Source: Kofleriaceae bacterium
GTDB lineage: Bacteria > Myxococcota_A > Polyangia > Haliangiales > Haliangiaceae
DNA: 64,000 nt
Reading direction: 5' to 3'
Assembly (NCBI GenBank): GCA_965215005.1
Contig: CBDCCZ010000003.1
Span: 32,001 to 96,000, forward strand
Below, one piece after another: positions 20,063 to 31,500 of this stretch. The translations under genes and the position numbers were made by a program. The notes under the pieces are model-generated. The model saw nothing but the letters and a program-made list of their open reading frames with translations, searched no databases and was not told the origin of the DNA. Each line of letters begins with the position of its first letter. The stretch's first letter is position 1.

Positions 20063-23000
20063 TTAGAGCTGCTCGCAGGTCGCGGTGCCGGTCGAGTCGT
20101 CGCAGGTCCCGCTCGGACAGAATAGGCTGCCTTCGGGTCCGCAGTACGAAACGCAGACGTAGCCGTTGATGCTGCCATCGAATTGGCAGTTATCGCCAGC
20201 GCCGGAGGAGATGGAGCAACCTTGGGCGCAGCCGCTGCCCACACAGGCATTGTAGGCGTTGTTCCGAGCGGTCGACCACGACGAGCCTGAGGTCCCGCAG
20301 TTGGGGCAGTTACCAACGTGATAGTCGCCGAGTGCGGCGGCGCAGGTGGGCTCGCAGATGCCGTTGGCGTCGTTGTCCTGCCAATCCGGGCCAATTCCGC
20401 CGACGGCGGGATCGTAGTCGTCGCAGTCCGACGCCAACAGGTAGCCGTCGCCGTCAGCATCTGGATCGCACGCGTCGCCGCGTCCGTCGCCATCGAGATC
20501 GTACTGCTGGAGGTTCGGCACGCCCGGACAGTTGTCCGCGTTCCATATCGCCGCACCGCGCGGCTCGCCATTCCAGACGTCGATCATCGACTCGCAGTAG
20601 AAGATGCCGGGAAGGTCAGACGTGCAGACCTCGAGGCCGTAGACGCCACCGGTCGTGAAGACGAGGTCCGACACGCCATCAAAGTTGATGTCGCCTGCCG
20701 CTAGATTCTTCACATCAGTCGCCGCGACGGTCGGCACGGGTTGACACGTAAAGCTTTCCATCGGCAGGCACATCGACAGCGCTTCCGACTGCGATCCGAA
20801 CACCGATGACGGTAGCTGGTCGCCCATGAAATGATCGAGCACTACCGTTGCCGCTCCCACGCTTCCTTCGAGTGCAAAGGAGTAGTCGCAGGAGAAGGTA
20901 TGCCCGACCGGCTCTTGCCAGCACCCGAGTTGCGTAGCACCCATCGTGCTGTCGGAGATCACGATGTCGAGGAGACGGTCACCATCGAAGTCGGCAAGCG
21001 CCAGGTCGGTCGCCAAGTGCGAGCCGTCGCCCAGGTTCGAGCAGGCGAACCCGCCGTAGCCATCGCCATAACAAACGACGCTGCCGTTGCCCTGCATGAC
21101 TGCTCCAGCCAGATCCACGGTGCCATCGAGGTCGATGTCAGCCGCTGCGATGGAGACCATTGGCCCGACGAACGAGCCGAGTGTGTCGCTACAGAAGAAC
21201 GTTCCATCGCCATTGCCCGAACAAATCTCGAGGGTCCCAATTCCGGCGAACGCGGCGTCGAGCAGGCCGTTGCTGTCAAAGTCGCCCACGGCAACGTCGA
21301 GCGTTTGCGCCGTCGCCGAAGACACCGGCTGGCAGGGCTCGAAGCCGCCGTCGGGACTGCCCAAGCAGATCAAGTTGGTTGCCGATTCTGCGGCGAATAC
21401 CGCATCGACGATCGCATCGCCATTGAAGTCACCGAGAGCCACGTTGCGATTTGGCCCCTCGCTATAGGGTATTTGCACGCAGTCGAGGATCTCGAACGCC
21501 GCGTAGCGACAATAGCGGCTCGGGGAGACCGCATCGGCGACTACGACGCAGCCTTCGTCGCAGACGTAGGGGCACGTGTTGCCAACGTACCGGTCTAGGT
21601 CGTTGCAGTCAGTTGCCGCCAACACGCCATCGGCATCCGCATCGCTGTCGCAAGGGTCGCCGACGCCGTCACCGTCGAGGTCCTGTTGCTCAGGGTTGGC
21701 AACACCGACGCAGTTGTCGATCGCATCGTCGACGCCGTCGCCGTCGCCATCGCCGTCGCACGCATCACCCACACCGTCGGCGTCGCTATCCTCTTGATCG
21801 GGGTTGCTGATGGTCGGGCAGTTGTCGAATGCATCGTCAACGCCGTCGCCATCGGCGTCGGGATCGCAGACGTCGCCTGCGCCGTCGCCGTCCTGGTCGG
21901 CTTGATTGCCGTTTGCCAATACTGGACAGTTGTCGACTGTATCGTTGACTCCATCGCCGTCATCATCCGCATCGCAGACATCACCGATCCCATCCGCATC
22001 CAAGTCTTCTTGATTGGCGTTGGCCAGAATCGGGCAGTTGTCGCTGCCATCCGCGATCCCGTCGCCGTCGTCATCCGCATCGCACACGTCACCCACGCCA
22101 TCTCCGTCGAGATCCGCCTGATTGGCGTTGGCCAGAATGGGGCAGTTGTCGCTGCCATCCGCGATCCCGTCGCCGTCGTCGTCCGCGTCGCAAACGTCAC
22201 CCGCGCCGTCGCCATCTAGATCTTCCTGCCCCGGGTTCGGTATCCATTGGCAGTTGTCGACGACATCATCAATTCCATCGCCGTCGACGTCGGGATCGCA
22301 GGAGTCTTGAATGCCGTCGCCATCGGTATCTGGCGACGAGACTGGGTCGTTGCAAAGATCGCAAGCATCACCAATGCCGTCGCCGTCTTGATCGATTTGG
22401 TCTGGGTTCGAATCGACGGGGCAGTTGTCGCACGCGTCGCCAATCCGATCGCCATCGGCATCGCCCTGCCGCGGGTTGGCAACGGTGCTGCAGTTGTCGC
22501 AGCGGTCGCCAATCCCATCCGCATCGGCGTCAGCCTGCCCGGGGTTGTGAAAGCTCGGGCAGTTGTCGCACGAGCCAGGGATTCGGTCTTGATCCGGATC
22601 GACGCGATCATCGCCGCCCGGGCACTGGTCGCAGGCATCGCCCACGCCGTCCTCGTCGCTGTCCATCTGCGAGGTGTTCGGCTCGCTCGGGCAGCTGTCG
22701 ACGGCGCCGCACACGCCGTCGCCGTCGCCGTCACCGCCGGTGCTAGCCGGACACGCGTCGCAGGTAAGCCCACAGCTCGATTCCGCCAGCGCCAAGCAGC
22801 TCTGAGACCAACCATCTTCACAACAGCTCGCATCGAGGTCGCAAACGCACTGAGCGACTTCTTGCTCGCCGCAGCCGAGCGCGGCATCGCCGTCGGCGAC
22901 GCAACAGTCGCCTTCGCAGCTACCGCAGTCGGTCGCGCAGCTGGCGCAGTTCTCCCCCTGCGACCTATCGAACGGGCTCGATTCGGTCCAGCGCTCGCAA

Positions 23001-26000
23001 ACGAAGTCGCCGCAGACTGGCGCGGAGCCGCAGTCGCCCGCGCACGTAGCGGTGGTCTCACCTTCCGAGCACACGCCATCGCCGCAGGCACACGTGCCGC
23101 AGTCGAGCGCGCAGGTGCTGCACGACTCGCCGTCGCCCGCGCGGCACACGCCGTCGCCGCAGGTGTCGGCGCAAGCGCCGCAATCGGCGGCGCAGGTGGT
23201 ACACGTCTCGCCATCGGTGCGGCTGCAGATCGCATCGCCGCAAGTCGGAGGAACCTCACAAAAGCCGCCAGAGAAGCCGCCGGCGCAGTCGCAGCCGTTC
23301 TCGGTGCAGGTCCCGTTACCCGAGCAGTCGGGCCCGCAGACGCAGTCGCCGCCGTCCCAATCGAGAGACGCGCACGCGGCGAGAGCATCGCAGGTGCCGT
23401 TGCCGAGCAGCGTCGCGCGAATCGTGCACTTGCCATTGCAGTCGCGGGTGTAGCCAGCCGGGCACACCGGCCGCACACACTCACCATCGTCGAAGTTGTG
23501 CAGCTCGCAAGCGAAGTTGGGGCCCGCGCTGCCGTCATCGCACCTGCCATCGGATAGCGTTTCGGAGCTGTCGAAGCAGGCGCCGTCGCAGTCGGCAATT
23601 TGACCCGGAGGACAGAATTCTGGCTCGGGAGCCGCGCAGTCACCAAAATCTGCAGCGACCTCGGCGGCGCCACCGCGACCGGTAAAGTCGGAGAGGAACA
23701 CGCGCATGTAGATCTCGCCGAGACCACGCGCGTCGATCAGCCGGATGGGGTTGTTTTGTGCATCGAGCTTGGGATCTCCAGCAGCGTTGCGCAGGTAGAT
23801 CTTCTCGACGTCCAGGTAGTGGAAATCGATCGGCTGCTGGAGCACGAACGGCAGCGGCGCCCCGGTACGAAACTCCACCGTCTCCTCGTTGCTCAAATAC
23901 ATGCCACGGGGCCAAAGGAGCGCACCGGGCATCAGCGTCCCTTCGGCCACGCCACTGCCGCTACCGAGATAGAGCACGGCCGCGTAGCTTTCATCGTTGA
24001 GCACGTCGATGGTGACTTGCCAAAACCCCGCTTTGAGCTCGCCATACGGTCCCGATGGCTCCGGCACGCACGATAGCGCCGGTGCGCGGCTGTCGGTCTC
24101 GCAAGCATCGCCGGTGCCGTCGCCATCGCTATCGACTTGCTGCGGGTTTGGCACCCACGGGCAATTGTCTCGAACACCCGGACCTTTATCAGGCACGCCA
24201 TCTTGATCGACATCGCCGTCAGCGCAGTCGGGCATCCCGTCGGCATCCACATCCGAGTAACCGGGCGAGCCTGGTAATCCGCAGGCGCAATCGGTCGGCT
24301 CGGAATAGAGCACCGGAATCTCCGCATGTACGAAACGCGGCTCGGTCGGATCGAGACGCACCTCCGCAAACATCAATCGTTGCAAGGGACCCTGATTGGC
24401 CACCACCACCCGCCGATCCCAGTTTCCGACCACCTCACCGTTCCCACCGATTTCGGCGTCGCGCTGGGAGAAAATACGCACCTCGCGCGTGCGCTGCTCG
24501 ACCAGGCCGGCAACGACTCTGGCGCTGGCAACGCGATCAGCCGTCGACGGATCGAGCGCACCGGCGATTTCGGGTCCCGCCTGCGCATTGCAGCTGGCAC
24601 CAGCAGCGACTGGATCAGCGCTGGCCGCTGCCAACGTGTACGTGGCGCCAGGTAGCAGCGACATCAGTGGCAACGCCTCGTTGTCGCGCTCGACCGCTTG
24701 GCCCTCGAATCCCGGCGGATTGGGGGCGCCATCGGCCAGCGCATAGAACGCTTTGAGGAAATCTCGCCACGGAAGACCCTCCCGAACCACATCGTAGCCG
24801 TTTCGGTAGAACGCCTCTTCGGTGGGGAAGTACACGCTCAGGCCGGTTGAGTCACTCTTGAGTCGGCCATAGGCCTCGGCGGCGCGCAGCTGCTGGAGCG
24901 CCGCGACCAGGGCAAGGCGGTGCGGCTCGAACGTCGGGTTTCGAGCCGCGAGCGCGGTCGCAAAGTCGCCCATGTCGATCATCTGAAAATCACTGGTGGG
25001 ATCGACGTGATAGCCGTAGCGCGTAACCTTGTCGCGTGCCGCAGCAATGTCAGTCTTGGCGGCGTCGATATTGGCTGCGAGAGCGCCGGCAAACGCGGCA
25101 AACGCGTCGCGAAGCGCCGCCAGGGCTTCGAGATCGAGCAGGTTCAACGTCACCTTCATATGCGTCCGGTTGGATCGAGCGTGCTGATAGAAGCTCTCGA
25201 CCACCTCACGGCCCAGCTCCGGAGCGGCCATGGCAGTGTTGGCTGACAGGCTGCTGAGAAATGCCGTGTAGTCCCAACCGTGTCCCGGCTCGAGCTCCTC
25301 GCTAGCGACGTAATAACGGGTCAAACTGCTAACCCCATCGGCCATGACATAGGTGCTCATCAAGCAAGCATCGAAACCAATGAGATCCAGCCCGTTGAGA
25401 CCGGCAGCCTCGACGCCAGTGCGAAGTGCCGCTTCGATTTCCGCCTGATCGAGCTGATCGTGGCCGGCGTCGTCGTCACCGCCGTATCCCTGCCATGCGT
25501 TGCCGTGGTTCCAGAGCACGAGAAACCGCCGCTCCGCCGGGAAGTTTCCGAAGCCCCACTCGATGAAGTCGGAGAGAGTATTGGGGTCGCCGGTGTTGCT
25601 CTCGCCAAGGTCTTCGAGCTCCTCGAGTGCGCCGCTGCGCACGCGGAATCGCTTCATCGTCTTCCAATCGGCAACCCCGCCAACACCGAGCTCGTAGTAG
25701 CCCGATGCGCGATCCATCTGAACCAGCACGTTGACGTCATCGCTGATCGTCGCGCCCAGCATCTCGTTCAGATCGTCGATCGCGAACTTCTCGAGATTGT
25801 TATCGGCGGCCATGTAGACCAAAACGGTCCATGCCGCGGGCGCAGGCGCGGCATCGGGCTCCGGCGGAGTGCTTGCGTCTGGCTGCAAAGGTCCGGCGTC
25901 TACGGAGCCAGGCGGCATCGTCATCGCGTCGCGATCCGCTGGGGGATCGCCGGATGACTCGCCAGAGCCACCACCGCACGCGGCGGCGAGCGAGGCCACG

Positions 26001-26032
26001 AGACCAAAAAGAAGCGGTAGACGTCGGGTCAT
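20063..26032 (-). CDS. Giant lipoprotein: clostripain (peptidase C11) domain, Cys-rich/EGF-like repeats, thrombospondin type 3 repeats and FG-GAP repeats
   Basis: Lipobox LAAAC; WTVLVYMAADNNLE, catalytic WNHG and FDAC, ASEELEPGHGW; many DNCP...NxxQxDxDGDGxGDxCD; GDFNGDAIVD; ATG 26032. Confidence 0.92.
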   Translation of the reverse strand: MTRRLPLLFGLVASLAAACGGGSGESSGDPPADRDAMTMPPGSVDAGPLQPDASTPPEPDAAPAPAAWTVLVYMAADNNLEKFAIDDLNEMLGATISDDVNVLVQMDRASGYYELGVGGVADWKTMKRFRVRSGALEELEDLGESNTGDPNTLSDFIEWGFGNFPAERRFLVLWNHGNAWQGYGGDDDAGHDQLDQAEIEAALRTGVEAAGLNGLDLIGFDACLMSTYVMADGVSSLTRYYVASEELEPGHGWDYTAFLSSLSANTAMAAPELGREVVESFYQHARSNRTHMKVTLNLLDLEALAALRDAFAAFAGALAANIDAAKTDIAAARDKVTRYGYHVDPTSDFQMIDMGDFATALAARNPTFEPHRLALVAALQQLRAAEAYGRLKSDSTGLSVYFPTEEAFYRNGYDVVREGLPWRDFLKAFYALADGAPNPPGFEGQAVERDNEALPLMSLLPGATYTLAAASADPVAAGASCNAQAGPEIAGALDPSTADRVASARVVAGLVEQRTREVRIFSQRDAEIGGNGEVVGNWDRRVVVANQGPLQRLMFAEVRLDPTEPRFVHAEIPVLYSEPTDCACGLPGSPGYSDVDADGMPDCADGDVDQDGVPDKGPGVRDNCPWVPNPQQVDSDGDGTGDACETDSRAPALSCVPEPSGPYGELKAGFWQVTIDVLNDESYAAVLYLGSGSGVAEGTLMPGALLWPRGMYLSNEETVEFRTGAPLPFVLQQPIDFHYLDVEKIYLRNAAGDPKLDAQNNPIRLIDARGLGEIYMRVFLSDFTGRGGAAEVAADFGDCAAPEPEFCPPGQIADCDGACFDSSETLSDGRCDDGSAGPNFACELHNFDDGECVRPVCPAGYTRDCNGKCTIRATLLGNGTCDALAACASLDWDGGDCVCGPDCSGNGTCTENGCDCAGGFSGGFCEVPPTCGDAICSRTDGETCTTCAADCGACADTCGDGVCRAGDGESCSTCALDCGTCACGDGVCSEGETTATCAGDCGSAPVCGDFVCERWTESSPFDRSQGENCASCATDCGSCEGDCCVADGDAALGCGEQEVAQCVCDLDASCCEDGWSQSCLALAESSCGLTCDACPASTGGDGDGDGVCGAVDSCPSEPNTSQMDSDEDGVGDACDQCPGGDDRVDPDQDRIPGSCDNCPSFHNPGQADADADGIGDRCDNCSTVANPRQGDADGDRIGDACDNCPVDSNPDQIDQDGDGIGDACDLCNDPVSSPDTDGDGIQDSCDPDVDGDGIDDVVDNCQWIPNPGQEDLDGDGAGDVCDADDDGDGIADGSDNCPILANANQADLDGDGVGDVCDADDDGDGIADGSDNCPILANANQEDLDADGIGDVCDADDDGDGVNDTVDNCPVLANGNQADQDGDGAGDVCDPDADGDGVDDAFDNCPTISNPDQEDSDADGVGDACDGDGDGDGVDDAIDNCVGVANPEQQDLDGDGVGDPCDSDADADGVLAATDCNDLDRYVGNTCPYVCDEGCVVVADAVSPSRYCRYAAFEILDCVQIPYSEGPNRNVALGDFNGDAIVDAVFAAESATNLICLGSPDGGFEPCQPVSSATAQTLDVAVGDFDSNGLLDAAFAGIGTLEICSGNGDGTFFCSDTLGSFVGPMVSIAAADIDLDGTVDLAGAVMQGNGSVVCYGDGYGGFACSNLGDGSHLATDLALADFDGDRLLDIVISDSTMGATQLGCWQEPVGHTFSCDYSFALEGSVGAATVVLDHFMGDQLPSSVFGSQSEALSMCLPMESFTCQPVPTVAATDVKNLAAGDINFDGVSDLVFTTGGVYGLEVCTSDLPGIFYCESMIDVWNGEPRGAAIWNADNCPGVPNLQQYDLDGDGRGDACDPDADGDGYLLASDCDDYDPAVGGIGPDWQDNDANGICEPTCAAALGDYHVGNCPNCGTSGSSWSTARNNAYNACVGSGCAQGCSISSGAGDNCQFDGSINGYVCVSYCGPEGSLFCPSGTCDDSTGTATCEQL

Positions 26033-26156
26033 GGAGCGCGTTTCCTTCATTGAGGAGCTGGCCGTCGGTGGGCGGCAGCAAGCACGTGATTCGTTTCGTA
26101 TGGCAGCGGCACGACGGAGCTCGAGCAAGGGCATCTACCCATCGTTTCGCAATCGG

Positions 26157-28091
26157 CTAGGGAAGCTTGTTTGCGGGCACGTACTGGCCAATCGCCTTGA
26201 GCATGCGCGGATCGCGCTCCTCGCCGTATTGCTTGGCGAGGGCATCCACCGCCGCCGCAGACGATGCCGCCGCCGCGCCAACGAGATGCACGTAGCTTGC
26301 GCGCACCAGCGGGCTTCCTTCATCGCCCAGCCGTGAGACGGCTGCGCTCCAGACCTTGTCCGGCGGTGGTTGCTTCGCCAGCTTGGCCTGATCGGCGAAG
26401 GTCACTGCGAGAAAGGCACGTTGGCGTTCGCCCTTCTCGCCATCTAGAAGACCGGCGAAGAGATCCTCGGTGGCCTCGGGAGGCATGCGTTTGACGGCAC
26501 CGTAGGCATGCTGCCGAACCAGCTCGCTATCCGACTCGAAGAACGGCGCGAGCTCATTGGCGAAGCTCGGATGGCCCGAATTGTGGATTGCATCGAGCGC
26601 AGCGGTCACTTCCACAGGTCCATCACCAGCGGCGAGTTGCTCGCGAATCGCCTGCCGCGCGGTTTCTGCGAGCTGTGGGTGAGACGTCCGCACGTTGTGC
26701 TCGAGCGTGCCGACGCCAAAGCTTGCGGCGTTGCGCAATTGTTGCTCCTGGCTTGCATCGTCGAGACCGGCGCCAACCCGCGACATCTGAACCAGCGCCG
26801 CGAGAGCCTCGTCGTTGGGCTCATCGATGTCGGGCAGCGCCACTGCCGCGCGCATGCGGTTCTCGGGCTGCAGTGCAGCGTCCGCAACACTTTCAATCAA
26901 TACAGTGCGGGCTTCGGGAGTACCGGCGCGCTCGAGGCCAAAGAACACCGCCGAGTGCATCTCGTTTGCCACCTCGCCGTCGCGCACCAGCGCGACCAAC
27001 TCGGCTGCCAACTGCGGCTGAGCGCGCAGCAGCTGCGCCAGCATGTAACCGACTGTGGCGTGCGCGTCGGGGTTGTCGCGCAGCATCGCGCGCGCCATTT
27101 CCATCGCCTCATCGAGCGGCAGCGTCTTGAAACGAGCCGGGGGTTCAGGCTGTTTCTTCGCCATGCGCTCGGCAGGCATAATTCCGCTGGTCCACGCGAG
27201 CGCCTTTAGGTCGGGCAGCGGGCGTCGCTCGGCGTGGTCGCGAACAGCGACTTTGAGTTGTACCGTAACGTCGGCGAGCAGCTGTCCGTCTGTCGATAGC
27301 ACCAGCCGTTCGGTGCCGCTCACCTGCGCCATCCAGACGCCAGCCGCATCCACAACCGCGCTCATCGTGCTCGCGCGGACGCGAATCGAGAGGCTCTCGT
27401 CGGGCTCGGTGGCACCGCGAGCATCGGTGATGACGCCCGGATACACGTGAATGTAGCCAGACTTGATTTTTGAGACGCGGCGGGCGTTGGCGTCTTCGAG
27501 GTGATACTGCGACCAATACTTGCCCGATAGGTCGTGCTCGAGCGCTCGCCAGCTCGGCTGCGCACTCGCAGGATGGAGCACCACCTGAGAGCTCTGCAGC
27601 ATGCCGCGCAGCTGATTTCTTGCCGCCGGAGCGACATCGTTTGCGAAGCCGAAGTCGCGAAACCGACACGTGCGGTCGATCGTGACCGCGAACGGGCGAG
27701 TGATTTGCTCGATGAGCTCGGCGTCGGCGACCCCGACCGTGCTATCGAGCTCGAACTCGACCCCGAGGGTCGCCACGCCGTCGGCGACGACGATAGCGCG
27801 CATGTGGAGAAGACCGCGCATCGTCACGCGCTGTGCGTCGAGGCTGGGCTGCTGCCGAGGATCGGAGGTGGGCATCACGGCGCGGGCGTTGAGCTTGGAC
27901 TCGGCCTCGAGCTCGAAGTCGTAGCTCCGCGCCTGCCCCGGCTCGAATACGCAAGCGAGCGGCGCGGGGCTGCGGCCATTGTTGCGGTCGTCGCCGAGCT
28001 TCCATAACACCGTGGCCACCATCGCAACGGCCAGAAAGCTGGCTCCGGCCAGCAAGAAGCGCATGCGTCTCGCTTTGCTGTTTTTGAACAT
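26157..28091 (-). CDS. Vitellogenin-N / large-lipid-transfer-protein-like protein (N-terminal beta-barrel plus HEAT-like helical domain) with N-terminal membrane anchor or signal
   Basis: FEPGQARSYDF, RPFAVTID, RNQLRGMLQSSQV, EHDLSGKYWSQY, KIKSGY; helical region with ERAGTPEAR and AIHNSGHP; AGGGGAG RBS. Confidence 0.72.
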   Translation of the reverse strand: MFKNSKARRMRFLLAGASFLAVAMVATVLWKLGDDRNNGRSPAPLACVFEPGQARSYDFELEAESKLNARAVMPTSDPRQQPSLDAQRVTMRGLLHMRAIVVADGVATLGVEFELDSTVGVADAELIEQITRPFAVTIDRTCRFRDFGFANDVAPAARNQLRGMLQSSQVVLHPASAQPSWRALEHDLSGKYWSQYHLEDANARRVSKIKSGYIHVYPGVITDARGATEPDESLSIRVRASTMSAVVDAAGVWMAQVSGTERLVLSTDGQLLADVTVQLKVAVRDHAERRPLPDLKALAWTSGIMPAERMAKKQPEPPARFKTLPLDEAMEMARAMLRDNPDAHATVGYMLAQLLRAQPQLAAELVALVRDGEVANEMHSAVFFGLERAGTPEARTVLIESVADAALQPENRMRAAVALPDIDEPNDEALAALVQMSRVGAGLDDASQEQQLRNAASFGVGTLEHNVRTSHPQLAETARQAIREQLAAGDGPVEVTAALDAIHNSGHPSFANELAPFFESDSELVRQHAYGAVKRMPPEATEDLFAGLLDGEKGERQRAFLAVTFADQAKLAKQPPPDKVWSAAVSRLGDEGSPLVRASYVHLVGAAAASSAAAVDALAKQYGEERDPRMLKAIGQYVPANKLP

Positions 28092-28301
28092 TGCTCCCCT
28101 GTTCTACTCGTAAGGTCGAGTGCGCGAAGGCGCCTTCATTCAGCGAAGGGCTACGGCACGAGACTCGGTATCGGCTGCGAGCGGTGATCGCTAAAGGAAC
28201 TTTCGCGGCCCGGCAGCGCGAAAACGTGCCAGGTCACCCACCAGGTATTGAGCGCAGCGAACGCCGCGGGACCCCCAATGTCTACTCGCTCGTAAGGACT
28301 C

Positions 28302-28455
28302 CTAGTACGCCGCCGCGGGATTGATGACGCAGAAATCCGCCGCCCCGATGCGGGGCAAGGGCGGCAGATTTCTGCTGCTCAGGCGCCCCCTTCGGCGTCT
28401 CCCCAAGCGATTGTTGTTTTTCTAGCGGTTCACGACTTCCGCCGTGAACCACTAG
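28302..28455 (+). repeat. Structured dispersed repeat (REP/MITE-like), copy 1
   Basis: ~145 nt nearly identical to 39384-39526; contains hairpins GCAGAAATC.GCCGCCC/GGGCGGC.GATTTCTGC and CTAG(C/T)GGTTCACG/CGTGAACCACTAG. Confidence 0.85.
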
Positions 28456-28587
28456 CCGCACGAGGAATAAATCGCCGAGGAGCGACTTTTCCCCTTTGGT
28501 CTGCAGCACATCGTCCGATTCCGGTGGGACTGCGTAGCTCGGCTGCGCGAACAACCACTCGATTGTGGGGGGCGAAGAAATCAAGGC

Positions 28588-31500
28588 ATGAGTCGATTCA
28601 AACATTCATGGATGTTCAGCGCGTTCATAGCGCTGAGTGCCTGCGGCGGTGACAGCACCGACACGTCCGCGGACGGGCCAACGTGCGGCGAAGGGACCGT
28701 CGAACGAGACGGGATGTGCGTCGCCGTGGGCGAGCCCGATCCGGGCTCCACCTGCGGCGAAGGTACGGTGGAAGTAGAGGGCGAATGCGTTGCCGCCTCT
28801 GATTCCCCTCCAGCCGTGTCCGGATTCACGGTCACCCAGCTGTCGCTCACGGCCAAAGGACGGCCGATCAACGGCGGAGAAGGAGATCCGGTTCTGGCCG
28901 TCGACCATCCCGTCGAGGTGACCGTGGGAATCCGCTACGAAGGCGACGCCATGGAGCTGCCGCTGGTCATGGCTCTCGGCGAAGCCGCGGGCAGTGGCGA
29001 CGGCACCGGCTTGTGTTTGCTCGGCGGTCTGGCCGTCGACCATCCCGGCACCGGTGAGGTCGTGGCGACCGGTCGTTTCGTGCTTTCGGAAACCTGCCTC
29101 GCCGACAACCAGGAAGGCGACACTGCCGGTGCGGCGGTGTCGTCGCGGACGATGCTGCCGGTGTTGTTCGTCGATCCGGACGACACGCTCGGCATCGTTG
29201 GTGACGTGCCCAAGGGCGTCATCTTCTCCGCCGAGCGGCTCGCCGACGCGCAGGTCGCGTTTCAGGCCCAGGCCGAGGCAATCGCCAATGGCGAGCAGCC
29301 GATGGCGCTCGATCCCGAACACGTATCGCTGCTCGCCTGCCATCGATCGGGGCACCCCGACGGCAGCTGCGGCGTCGAGCTGGCCGTGGAGGAGAGCGAT
29401 GGCATCGACTTCGAGCTGACCGCGATGGCGCTCGAGAGCTCGGTGCTGGTTCTCAACCGCTGCTTCGCAAGCCAAGCCGAGCTCAATGCCTACGCCGCCG
29501 ATCCGGCGCGGGGCGAAACGCTTCCGACCGGCTATATCTGCAACCGGTCGATCGTGCGCGGCTTCGATGACGAAGGCAATCCGCTGCCCAAGGGCAACGA
29601 GAAAGACTTCACCTATGGCGCGGCCGACGTGGACGTGGACGTGACCGTGACCTCGTTTGGTCTCGACGACTCGATCATCGAGAGCGCCGACGAGCTCATG
29701 GCGCTCGGCACCGAGACCGACGACGGCTTCCAGCTCAACGTCGCACCCGAAGACATCTCGAACAACGCGCTCGGCGCCGACGGCTCCTACACCATCCAGT
29801 ACTTCCTGCGGCCGGTGAGCGCGCCGCTTCAGACCGCGCAGGACGCGTCGCTGGCGGCGGCGATCGAGCGCCTCGGTGGCCTCGATACCCTCGAGGGCAA
29901 CGGCACGCTCGCGCGTCTGTATCTGCATGCCGAAGGCGAGCAGGCCAAGGCCGGCGATGAGGCGACGGTGGGCGGTCAAGCGCAGGCCTCGCTCGAGGAG
30001 ACCCTGTCGATTCCGCAGGTGCCGACCGAGTACAGCCACGGCCTCTACGTCGAGAACGACTGCGGTCGCTTCAACGACCCGACCCGTCGCCCTGGCGACT
30101 ACAACCCCGAGGTCCCGGCTTGCAACCCGGCGATCAATCCGCGCGATGCTCTGCTCTACGGCGCGATGAGGGACGCCAACGACTTCGTCGTCCTGGCATG
30201 CGTCACCGGCACCATCGACGCGGCTCTGCCCGGCTCCGATGATCTCGACAACAACTGCGTCGAGCAGCCGCTGCGCGTGCTTCGCGCCGAGACCCGCCGC
30301 TCGTCCTGGGCCGCCGCCTACCCGGAAGCAACCCCGGCGGAGAACCCGTACCGCGACGATCCCGACGCGGCCGCGCCCGGACGCACCCGTGACGAGCTAT
30401 TCGCGGCCGGCGACGCCGACGGCTACGCGGCCAACTACGACTGGAACCAGCGCTTCGGCAATAACGAAATTGGCCTCGATCTCCACGCCCACAGCCGCAA
30501 CGGCGTGAGCCTGCAAGGCGCCGGGTCGGACAACGAAGCCAAGCTCAGCCTCAGCAGCAATACCTTCTCGTTCAGCCTCGAGCTGGTGCGCATGTGGGCC
30601 CAGGCCGACGCGCGCTCGATCGTCATCGGCAGCTTCTACGACTTTGGCCTCAGCTTCTTCGGCGCCAAGCTGTGGGGCGAGCGCCAAGAGGTGCCCGAGT
30701 ACCATCGCGAGTGGGACTGGAACGTCACCAAGGAGTGGGGCAAATCGAAGAGCATCTTCGTCAAGATCGCCTGGGTCGATGTCGGCGTGAAGGTCGCCGG
30801 CCAGTCCGGCGTGCGCCTCAACCTCGACATCATCGGCCGCGAGCTCGAGGACTGCTCGTCGCCGGAGTGCAACGCCCTGCGCCAGCTCTACAGCGAGCAG
30901 GGAACCGACACGGTCGGCGAGGCATCGATCACGCTCACGCCGTACGGCAACATCAACGCGAACATCTTTGCCGCGGTCAGCATCCAGGTCGCACGCGCCG
31001 GTGCCGCCGGCGACCTCACCATCGCCAACCTCGAGCTTCCGGCCCGTGGCGCGCTCACCTTCGGCCTGGTCGGCAGCATTCAGGATCTGCAGAATGCGCG
31101 CTTGCAGCTGGCGGCGTTTGCCAATCTCCAGCTGAACTCGCAATTCTTGAATGGTCGTTTGTATCTGTTCGCCGAAAACCGTTCCATCCACTGGTGCTCG
31201 AGCTGGGGCATTCCCTATCCGTGCGGTCTGAGCTGGAACAAGTTCTGGGACCAGACGATCGCGAGCTGGAACGGCTGGAGCTACAACCAGGTTTTGTGGG
31301 CCTCGCCCACCTTCCACGCTGCGCTCACCCGCAACGGTGTCGAAGGCGGCAGGATCGATCATTTCGCCGGGAACTACCAGCTGCGCGCACTGCACTCCAA
31401 CAAGTGCATGGACTCCTACAGCGACGGCAACACCAAGCAGTGGGGCTGCGTCGGTGCTCCGCACCACGTATGGCGTTTCGAGGACATGGGTGACGGTTCC

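Noticed and set aside
22216..23727. Long alternative ORFs over the TSP3 region, and similar ones over other genes (e.g. 28606..30039, 30397..31734, 47065 extension)
   Set aside because: Shadow ORFs expected from GC-biased codon usage; no motifs or RBS
28216..28231. TGGCACG on the minus strand as a sigma54 promoter of the vitellogenin-like gene
   Set aside because: The GC is not at the required 10-nt spacing from GG
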